Assembly (NCBI GenBank): GCA_028534125.1
Contig: CM052816.1
Location: forward strand, 58,716,001-58,780,000
Length of the DNA: 64,000 nt
Origin: Lama glama
Taxonomy: Eukaryota
Direction: 5' to 3'
Shown in pieces: positions 45,523 to 57,500 of the stretch. Under the pieces are notes generated by a model, which saw only the letters and a program-made list of their open reading frames with translations, was not told the origin of the DNA and did not search any database. Both the position numbers and the translations under genes were made by a program. Numbering within the stretch: the stretch's first letter is position 1; every line of letters starts with the position of its first letter.

Positions 45523-48500
45523 CTGTAATTTAAAAAAATATTTTTAAAAAATTAAAGTTCTAAGTACTTTAACAAGATTATTTTTAATCCTCTTTCACTG
45601 ATCTTATCAAACATTTACCGAACTAGGTGTGAACATTTACTCTGTAACATGAGAAAAAATAGTAATACTTTCTTGTATCATCAGTTCCTCCTTCACTAAG
45701 GCTTCAGCCTTGATCTCCGTAATGCTGGGGAATATTTACAATGGTTACAACAATTTTTTATGTTTCACCAATTTTTGCGGACAGTTTTTACCTATTAAGG
45801 ATACTTACAGTAGTACCTAGATTAAAGGAAAAAGACTGCAGCTGTGGTTCAGAGTTTATTTTGCATGTCTAGGTGAAAAATAATTCAAGTGTAAGTAATA
45901 TGCATTATTTTTAAAAGAAATAAAAGAAGAGCTTAGTTCTTAGCCTTCAGCAAAGTTTCAAGACCCTGACAAAGGTGAAGCATATTTTTGTGGTACACAA
46001 TGGAGGAATGCTTCATGAAGTTCAAAATTAATGAAACTTCTGGGCATTCTTTGAAAAACTACAGTTCAATTATACTGAATTACTAATTGCAATGCTGTTA
46101 AAAGAGATTTTAGAATATAAGTGTTATATTGCTATATGTATTACGTAAAAGTATGAAAAACTTTGGCCTATATAAGGCACATTCTTGCTGTAAGTGAATG
46201 AAAGGGCTAATGTATATAAATCCAGTCAAATTTACAAAGGCAGGTGGAGATAAGCATTCAAACATGACTGAACCCCTAAGGGCTGATCTTCTTTTAGCAA
46301 CAAAGAGAGCTTCTAAGATGGGCAAAGCTGTATCTGTTTAACAAAGCAATAGGTTCATTAAATCAAAAGTAACACTACTTTAGGGGATGTGAATAAAAAT
46401 TAAGAAACACAGAATAATAGAAATCTCAAACAGCAGTAAGGAACCTGTGCCAAAGAAAATTAAAATGATTTTAAGTTATTTTGTACTTATGTACTGCATT
46501 TATGATGCAATAATCCACTTGATTGATTCCTAATCAAATCACTCAAAGCTACTAAAAAAAAATAGGTGTAAGACCCGGGAAAGAATTTCTTATGGTGAGA
46601 TATAAGACCTCATGTTCTACAAGGATATGCTTTATGCATAATAGGCAGTTTTAACTGTGTATCTTCATAATTGAAAACTGGTAATTTAAGTACTTCATCT
46701 CAACAGTTCCAGAGACATCTTATAATTCAAGTAAAGGAAAACCTCCAGAATAAAAGAACATATAAAATTTAAAAACTGACATGATGATAAACACCAATAT
46801 TTACTGAGAACCTGCTTTGGACTAGATACTATATTAAACAGATTAACATTAATTATCACCTTTAGTTTTCACAACGATTCTTTCTACCCAAGGAAACTAA
46901 TGCTTAGAAAAGTTAAATACTTTCCTCAAGGTCAGCAACTGTTAAGCAGCCACGAAGATCTTAACTCTAGACTCCCATCATCCCCAACCATGTTTTCCCC
47001 ACCTACCAACTTGGAGTCTAATGTTCTCCACCATTATACCATTCTGCCTCCACAGAGCTGCTAAAATCACTCCATTTATAAATGCCTAAGGGTGGAGGGA
47101 GGGTATAGCTCAGTGGTGAAGTGCTGTGCTTAGCATGCACGAGGTCCTTGGATCATTCCCCAGTACCTCCATTAAAATAAATACCAAATTACCTACCCCC
47201 CAAAACAAACAAACATAACCAAGATATAACTGTAATGTAAAAACAAAGCCATTAATATTAAATAGACACGAATTCCAGATATATGTAAACAGACCAATAT
47301 TCAGTACTAAATTGTTTTGTAAGATCAAAGACAAAGTGAAAGTAAGCCTGAACGTTATAGAATCAATCATTTAAAAAAAATTCTTTACCTCCCTTTCTAT
47401 CTTATATAAATGTTACCTGGAACACATGTTGAATAACTGTAGTAATCTGTATCTCCTTCTGCAGGTTTTGTTGTATGTTCTTTATCTTGTCTGAATTTTC
47501 CATACTGTCCAAATCACCTTTCTGTTTGTTCTTTTCAGTCTGTATTTCCAAAAGCTTACTTTCTGAAGCTTGTTTTAACTCTATTAGGTTAAAAATAAAA
47601 CAGTATACTGTATATGACAACTCCTATAAACAAGAATCTTAAAAACTTATGAAGCAGAACAGTTTCTGGTTATTTCAGTCAAGAGAAAACTTTTAATTAG
47701 CAGCTTTCTGGGCTGCAGTTTCATTTTGACCTGGAAATGATTTCCCTGGTGCAAAACACCAATATTTTAACTTTACACTTGGCAATGCCCTCTGTGAAAT
47801 GTTCAAGGTATGTATGCATGACAATGATACTGCCTACAAATGTTTGCCATGGCATCATGTCAAGGAAGACTTACTCTGGGTTGCCAAAAAAACAAGCACG
47901 AGTTATATGCTTTATTCCCCTTTGTTTATAAAAATGACATATCAACAAGATAAATTTTCAGTGAAAGGTAAAAGTCCCTTCTCCAGGGATAAATATCAAC
48001 CATTTTTGGTTGTTCTGGAAAAGTTCTGAGAAATAAACTACAAATCGTCCTCCACTTACAATGGAGTATGTCCTGATAAATCCATGTTAATCTAAAAATA
48101 TCGTAAGTCAAAACTGCATTTAGTACACCTAATCTACCAAACATCACAGCCTAGCACAGCCTACCTTAAATGTGCTCCAAACACTTACAACAGCCTGAAA
48201 TTGGGCAAAATCATCTAACACAAAGCTTGTTTTATAAGTGTTAAATATCTCATGTAATCTGTTGAATAAAAGTGAAAACATAACTGTAAGTGTACTGGTT
48301 GTTCACCCTCATGACTGCATAGCTGACTGTGAGCTGGGGCTCCCTGCTGCGGTCCTACATAAGCAGACTATATCACTAGCCCAGGAAGAGAACAAAATTC
48401 AAAATCTGAAGAATGGTTTCTACGGAACTCATATCCTTGGGAAGTCAAAAAATCCTAAGTCAAACCATCCTATGTTGGGGACAGACTGTATGTGAAACAT

Positions 48501-51500
48501 AAATGGGTCTATCTCAGGAGCTTGGTTCCTTGATACTGATGTATCAAAAGTAGGCTGGAATGCAATGGAAAAAAAATTAAAACATTCAAAGGGTGATTAG
48601 ATCATATAACCAAGACGACTTTGGACCCTGCAATTACTTAACAAACAGGCAGATCTATATAATATTTTAAAATAAATCATGTCTATACTGTTAAATGAAA
48701 AAAGCAGTTTACAATACAGAATAAAATGATGCCAATTTTATTGTATAAGAAATAAACATTGAAGATCGATTATCTTTTGACTGTAAAATAAAATTTTTTA
48801 AAAATTGACTTTTCTTGTGTATATTTGTTTCCAAATTCTCTATAGAGAATGTGTATTACTTGTGAAATACATTTCAATAAAACATTTCAATAATATCAAT
48901 GCAAAATGTCGTGTCATGTTCGTTAAGTTAAAAAGAGGTAGAACCCTACGTATCAAGTGATCATCTAAAAATTATGTATACATAAATATGTTTACATGGG
49001 TATGGAAAAGGGCTTGGAATGATGTAGGCCTAACTGTGGTCACACAGGAAGGAGGCATGACTTTCACATTATACTTTTGTATCATTTGATTGTTTTCCCC
49101 CTACTGAGAATGTATTAATTTTTGTGAGTTAAAGTGCTAAAACAACAAATCAAGCAAAATCCATTTTGTATACTACTTTTTAAATTGCCTTGTCCAAAGT
49201 TTTAAGAAAATTTGAAAATTAAAAAAGTTTTTAGTGACTGAGAGATCTGGCCTTTTCAATATCCCTAAGTGAAAACATGTTCTCAAAAAAAAAGTTCTAC
49301 ATACGCAATCTCTTCTTTCTAACATCAAGCAATTTTTCCTCCAAATCCCAAGTTTCCTGTTATTAGAAATAAAAAGATTAAAGGACATAATCTAAGAACA
49401 CACCTATAAAACTTAAATCACTAAAATTTATCTATTAGTTCATACTTTCTAGGGCTCTAGTTTTTAATTCCCCTATTTCCACACAATAAAAGGGAGAGTA
49501 CAGTAGCTTAAATAAGTAGATAATTAACAATATTAGTCAGAAATAATGGAGTTACAAAAAACACTTAAGGACAGTGAATTCCAACCATACCAGTCTCTTT
49601 ACAAAATCCTATTTAGTCACAGACAATAGTTATCAGCAAGAAGTAGTTGCTCAAATCATGAGAATGCATAAACAGCTTAATGGCACAAGTTACCTGCTGT
49701 AATTTCATTATTAATTTATTGAGATTTAATATCTGTTTCATGTTATCCATGAGTGCACTGTAAAGGAATAAAAATATGATTTATTAAGTGTTAAAATTAA
49801 CAAATCTCAATGAAGAAATCAGTATACATTTACTTTCATTATATCCACTGTATATGTCAATAGAAAGTCATTGTTTAACAAAATAAAAAAAGCTGGATGT
49901 AAACTAAGTCTTCACTTAAAATTAGTGATACATTTCTTTAGAAAAATTTTTGCTCACAGACAACACAGAATATCATATCTATGCATGCAGGAGCATTTCT
50001 AAAAATCTCGTATTTAGAGAGAAAAAAATCTTAATAACTTCCCTAACACATTGTTTTTTTTGTTTTTTTTTGTGGGGGGGGGGACAGACTTTATTTTTTA
50101 GACCAGTTTTAGGCTCACAGCAAAACTGAGTAGAAGGTGAGCCTATATTCCCTCTGCCCTACACTAGCACAGCCTTCCAGACCAGAGGGGTCCATTTGTT
50201 ACAAATGATGAACCTACACTAACATATCATTATCACCCAGTCCATAGTTTACATTAGGGTTTACTCTTGGTGTTGTACATTCTATGAGTTTTGAGAAATG
50301 TATAATTTTTATGTATCTACCATTATAGTATCAAACACAATAGTTTCACTGAATAAACTGTTTTTTATCCCCAATTCTTCAACAAATATTTCTGAGTAAC
50401 TACTACATGCCAAGAACTGTGCCCGGCACCAAGAATATAAAATAGAGTAAAACACAGTACCTGTTTTCAAAGAGGAAAGAATCTTATCAGGGAGAAAAAT
50501 TCACAACCATAGTATGGTTTCATCACAGTCAGTAATGGATACGAATCATTGTTAAGAGTCATGCAAAGGGTGGAACAAGGGAAACCCTTGAGTCTTAAGG
50601 GATGTAAAGTACAGTTGACCCTTGAACAATGTGGGTGGGATGGTGGTTAGCGGTACAGACCACCCCACAGTCAAGAGTACTGCTACCTCTGCCACAAAGA
50701 CAAAGGCAGCAAGCTGAAACGTTTTGGATCAAACCCTAGTGCCCCACATACTGTGATCTCTAACTGGATACAAACTTTCCCCACACTTAATCCAGAGATC
50801 TGTAAAGTGAAAATACAGGTACCATATTTGTTGGAAGAAAAAAAACTGCATGTAAGTGGACTTGTACAGTTCAAACCCATCGTTCAAGAGTCAAGTGTAA
50901 TTATATAGGTTACCTAGATCAAGCAGTTTGCCCTGACTGCAGTAAAAGGGTATGAAATAAGACTGGGCAGGAACCGTGGTTCTCATACTTCAGACTGCCA
51001 CAGTCCCCTGGGAGCCTTGTTAAATGTGGAGTGCCAGCCCACCATCTTCAGAGATGCTAAGTCAGTAGGTTTGGGATGGGACCAGCAATGTGATCACTGT
51101 GATAATACTAATTACTCTGATAGTCAGCCAGCTGTGACAAACACTGTAGAAATAGTTTACTGGGGAGGCTGAAAAAGGGGAATCTTTGCACAGACCTGAC
51201 AGAGCTGAACTCATTTTCTACAAGTTATAGCTATACATGGTTGTAAACTCTTAAGACATGCTAAAGGAACTGCCTCCGGCTACTCAGCCTTTCTGCTGTC
51301 TTTGGATGTTAAGGTGATGAATCTGTCCTGTACCCCTTAAACTAAAGAATATTTTAAGCTCTCCTTTTCTGGGGGAACACTATTTGGAGAGTCCAAATTC
51401 AGATTTTACGATTTATGTAATCCTGGAGTTGAATGCAATATAGGGGAAATGGGTATCAATCTGGGTTAAGATGTCCAGACAGAGAAAGGGCCAGATTCAT

Positions 51501-54500
51501 CTTGGTACTTATCCCATGCTAATGGGATGGTGGTGGTATTTATCATAAGATTAGAGCTTTGGAAGATAAAATCACAGGTAAGGCCCCTGAGGTTAAGCAC
51601 TTAAGACCAGATTATAAATGACCTTGATCATCAGAGTCTTTATTTTATATTCCTTTGGCAAATTATTTAACCTATATAAGCTCATTTCTGCCAATGAAAA
51701 ATGAGTATACCTCCTATCTCATTGGGTTGTTATTGGCTAAGTGAGATAGCATTGTTCCTGTTTTACAGTAAACCCTGAACAAAAATTAACCTTCAAAACC
51801 TTCCTTCAAAATTTTCAGATGGTCTAGCTAAAACCTCCATTACTTCTTAGGGTCCCACTATGGAACAAGATGTCAATGGGACTATAAAAGTTGTAATGAT
51901 GAGGAGACCCCCAAAACAGTCACTTGTCTTACTCCCCAGAAAAAAGTGTTCAGCAGTGGCAGTTAATTTAAAAAAAAATTTTGTGGAGATAGTCATTATG
52001 CTGATCTTTCTTATTCCCATCCTTAACCAAATCCAGAAAGAAAAAAAAAACCCATACCTAGTCTTGATGTCCATTTTCTCCAGGTTTTTTTTAAGTGCAG
52101 TTGAAAGTTGCATCCTATGAGAGTAAAAAAGCTTCCATTATAAAAAATGGATAACATTTATGGTAGATTCAAAAGAAAATTTAAAAACACAACAAGGTAA
52201 AGATTGATTTCTCTTTAAATATAACAAAACAAAAGTAGGTTCTTAAACAGTACTGTATGGAAATACTATGATAAGTAAGTCACAGAAATATGAAATAACT
52301 CCAAGAGGGATGGGGCTGCTGCACGTGGTTGTGCACTGCCAGGCAGAGGGGCTGAGCAGACCTCACATCCAGCCTGAGCTTTGCTCTCCAAGCTGTCCAC
52401 CTTGGTGCAGGGCTAGGAGGAGGCATTAAGGTACTACAGGATGTAATGCACAACATGATAAATAAATTAACACTGCTGTAAGTTATACATGAAAGTTATT
52501 GAGAGTAAATCCTAAGAGTTCTCATCACAAGAAAAAAATTCTTTTCTATTTCTTTAATTTTGTTTCTATATGAGATGATGGATGTCCTCTAAATTTACTG
52601 TGATAATCATTTCAGATGTATGTTAGTTGAATCGTTACGCTGTATACCTTAAACTTAAACAGTAACGTATGTCAATCACTCATCAATAAAACTGGAAGGA
52701 AAAAAAGGCACTGCAGAGATCAGCTAGGGCCTGAAATGAGTCAGGGAATACAAAGCCATACTTGACTATAAACTTTAAAATATGTCTATGTGCAAACAAC
52801 CACTATAATTTATTTTTAAATTCTAATAGTTAATAAATAAGTAATAATCAACTCAGCAACATTAGTCATTTCATTGAAGGGGTTATCTTAATAGCTCTGA
52901 AGTCACCTGAGTTAAAAAATATGATCTACATGATGAGCTAGCATACAAGATGAGGGGAAAAAGTTCACTACTAGAAGCAATTAAAAGGGCTTTAACTGGT
53001 TTTCAATTAAATACATGAAGAAATTAATCTGGAAAGGCCAGAAATATTAAGAAAAAAACTGTAAGTCAGTCACTTTAGATTATTAATTCAGATCACAAGC
53101 TTATATAGAGACCATGTAGGTCTTATTAACATCTCTATACCAGCACCTAGCACAAAGTTTAGGACACAGTAAGCACTCAAATATTTATAGAATAAATTAA
53201 AAAATACAGATGCAAAACCTATCATTAAAAATATAATTAAATTCAGTGATAATTCTTTTACTCCTTAAGAGTTACTAGAATAAATGAATCCATGTAATCC
53301 TTTCAAACGCAACTGGGATTAAACCTCACACATCTGTTGTCTTGTTTGACATTTCCTTATTAACCCTCTCTTATGTAAGTTCTTCAGATGAAGATGCTAA
53401 TGAGTGATGAAACTTTTCTCTCAGGGCTCAAAATTTGTGATCATTAGCTAATCATCATTTTGATTAATTCAAACTAGCTAAAACATTCCCTCCACCTCGA
53501 GACATACCCATTTTGCACCGCAGTTCACAACGCTTATACTTAAAATGTAGTAATTACCTGTCTAATGCAAGCTTTTTCATTTCAAAAGCAACTTTCACCT
53601 CTTCAATTTCCTTTTCCAGTTCTTCAATTTTACTGCCAAAGAAGCATGAACAAAAAAATTTCAGCATTATCAGAAAAAGTAACTATTGGGAAAGAGGTAT
53701 ACAGTAAATCTTTGAAGAACGTAAAATGTCAGTATCTAAATATTCTACAGGATCCCCACACCAACACATTTACAGATTTGGTAAACTGATGCCTCCTGAG
53801 ATACCTTCCTAAGTATCTTGTTAAGGGGGGGAAATGCCAAAAGTGATCACTCATGTACAACTTCTCAATATGAGCATGACGAATTACTTGGAAAAATAAA
53901 GGAAGAAGACAGTGTTACATGATGAAAAGTATTATTAAATCTTAGTAAAAAACCACAAATAAAAATTTTAAATATGACATACGCTTCAATTTGCTTTTCT
54001 TGTATGATTTGTTCTGGAGTTCTTTCTTCATCTACAAACAAATAATTGAAGTTAGTAACATTTTACAAAAGTATTGTCCAACAGAAATAAATGGAAGCCA
54101 CAAATATGAAATTTTTTATTTCTAGTTTCCCCAAATTACAAAAGTAGAGAAACAAGTGAAAATAACTTTAATATAGCTTATTTAACCCAATATATCCAAA
54201 ACATTATCATTTAAACATGTAGTCAACTTAGAATTATTATTGAAATATTTCACAAACTTTTTCTGTGCATATTGTACATTTACAGTCCTCAGCGAAGACT
54301 AATCACATTTCAATTGTTCAATGGTTACATGGAGCTAGTGGCTAACATATCGAACAGCATAATTTTAGAATGATAGAAAATAAAGGGGAGTAAAAAACAA
54401 ACAAGATCAATGTAAAAAAACTGTATGTCTATATATTAGCAACAAATGATTGGAAATTAAAATTTAAAAATACATGTAAACTTGCATATAAAACCACAAA

Positions 54501-57500
54501 ATACTTAAAGATAAATTTAACAAATTATGTATATGAACTCTACACTGGACACTATCAAATATTGAAATGAAAAGATACACCATCTGCATTTATTGGGAGA
54601 ATCATTATTGCTAATGTAACAACTTCACCCATACTGCTCTATAGATCCCAATCAAATTCCAGTCTAACAGGCTTTTTTTTCTGTACAAATTAACAGGCTG
54701 ATTTTAAAATGCATATAGAAACACAGAGGACCTAGAATAGTCAAAACAATTTTGACAAAGAACAAAACTGGAGGACTTACAGTAGCTGATAATCAATATT
54801 TACTATAAAGCTACAGTAATTGAGGCAGTGAAGTACAAATACCTCAAGAGGACAGATGAAAAAGTCCAGAAATAGACCTACACATGTACAATAAAGGAAA
54901 GACAAAGGAAAGTCTTTTCAACAAATAGTGCTAGAAAAACTGGATTTCCAAATGGAAAAGAAATGAACCTTGACTCACACTATACTCACAATTAACTCAA
55001 AAAGGATCAGTCCTGAATGTTAAATCTAAAATCATATAAAAGTTCTAGAACAAAACACAGGAGAAAATCTTTGCAAACCTGGGGTAGTCAAAGATTTCTT
55101 AGAACTCAAAAATCACAAACCACAAAAGAAAAAATGAGTGCAAAATAGTACTTCTTCAAAATTAATGCCTTCTGCTCCTCAAAAGACAGTGTTAAAAAAA
55201 ATTAAAAACACAAGCAACAAACTAGGAGAAAATATCTGCCATATACACATATATATATCTGAAAAAGAACTGTATTCATTTATAATTAAAGATTCAAACT
55301 CAGACTAACAATTCAATTAAAAAATGGGCAAAGAAAAAAAGGGCAAAGATTTGAACACTTCATAAAAGTAGATATGTAAGTTGCCAGTAAGGTATGAAAA
55401 GACACATCATTAGTTATTGGGGAAATGTAAATTAAAACCACATGAAATACCACTACATACTTATTAAAATGGCTAAAATTTAAAAAGGCTGACAGTGCCA
55501 AGTTTTGGAAAGGTTATTGAGAAAGTGGAAATCTCGTAACACCGCTGGGGGAAATCTGCCCTAATGGTATAATCGTTTTAGCTGTTTGGCAGTTTCTTAA
55601 GAAGTTAAACATACACTTACCATATGACCCCGTAATTTCACTGTTAGGTATTTAATCAAGAGAAATGAAAACAAATGTCCACAAAAATATGTACAAATGA
55701 TAACTGCATTTAACAACAGTTTTATTCATAATGGGCAAAAAACTGGAAACAGTTCAGATGTTCATCAATGGGTAGCTAGATTAACAAACTGTGGTAGTTA
55801 TCAGGAGATATACTCTACAATAAAAACGAATGAATACTGAAACACACAGCATGGATAGATCACAAAAATACTATGCAAATAGGCAGACACACTGGGAGTG
55901 ACTACTAACAGGTACCAGATTTCTTTTTAGGGTGATGGAAATGTTCTGGAATTAGATAGCGGTAATGGTTGCACAACATTGTAAATAACACAAAAAACTA
56001 CTGAATTGTACATTTTAATATAGTGAATTTTGTTACATGAATTGTCATAAAAGAAAGTTGTCAGTAACAAAAAAATACATGCTATATAACTCCATTTACA
56101 CCAACTTCTAGAACAGCACTGTGCTGTTCTGTGACGAATGAAATGCTTAACACCTGCATTGTCCAATGTGGTAGCCACCAAACACAACTACCTATTGAGC
56201 ATTTGTTACGTGACTAGTACAACTAAATGTTTAATTTTAACATTTAAAGGCCACATGTAGCTAGTGGCTACTGTATTGGACAGCACAACTCTAGACAACA
56301 AATCTACAGTAACAGAAACCAAATTGGTGGTTGCTGGGGGTGAGGGTGGGGACTGAGTGTGGTGGCACAAGGGAGGTGTGACAAAAATGTTCTATATCTT
56401 GATTGTGGTGGTAGTTACACTGAGGTATACATCTGTTAAAACTCATCAAACTGTACCCTTAAAATGAATGCACTTATAGTAAAAAAAAATTCAAGGAATA
56501 AAGTCTCAGTAATATATTTTTTAATGGTAAAATACTAATCAATTTTAGATAAACATCTTCTTTCAAAGGTTACATACAATCTAATGTCTCATGGCTTGCT
56601 TCAAATCTGTCCTTTCAGCTGCAGAAATTCTAGAGGGTGGATTATTAAATGTACTCAAGTTTTCAGGTATCACAACCCTTTAAAAATGGAATTATCTACA
56701 CAGGGAAAACAAGAACTGTACAAGGAGGTAGACTCTCTTACCACCTGAATTTTAGCTCCAATGCCATCTTCTTGAAGAAGCCATCTATCTAAAGTAGCAC
56801 CCCCTCTCATCACACTGTTATTTCCTTCTTACTTACTATATCTCATAATCACCCCACGTGTTTCTTTGCTTACCCATTTTGCTACATGGAATTTTAACTC
56901 TATGAGGGCAAAATCTGTCTTGTTCGACACCATATCTCCATCCCTAGCATGGATTCATTCAATGGAGTCCAGAAATACCTATAGGGACAATTCCTCAATG
57001 GTCCAAATTTTTAATAGCTTGTCCCCTACACCCTGTCATCTAAGCTAGACTATGCTTTTTTTATTATGTGGGCTCTCATGCCAGCAAAAGCTTTAGGCAT
57101 GTCCTACCTCTCTTCTCTCAGGTAAACATAATTTGTTTAATACAAGGAACATGGGCTTTGGAAACAAGAAGACCACTAATTTCCCCAGGGGAAGGACAGT
57201 GACCTACTGGTCATCTTTGGGGTAAGCATTATTGATGTAACAAAAGGGACAAGGCTTTGGAGGCAAGAAAGCCTGGCTCATATCCCAGTTTAGTAATTTA
57301 CTAGCTATAGTGAGCAGGAAAGAGGCCGAGGGCCTAATTTTTGGAAAAAAAACAAAAACAAAAAACACACACACATAAGATGACTTCAGAAACCCTGGAA
57401 TGCAGATGCAAAACACACCAGAACTGCGCTCAGGTCTATGGCCTTAAACAAGAGATTAAGCAGAGTCCCCAAATTACCTAAATTCAAACATGGATTCAGG

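Noticed and set aside
42545..48488. Two similar 450-bp blocks suggesting a local duplication
   Set aside because: Independent diverged MER47-family copies with unrelated flanks.
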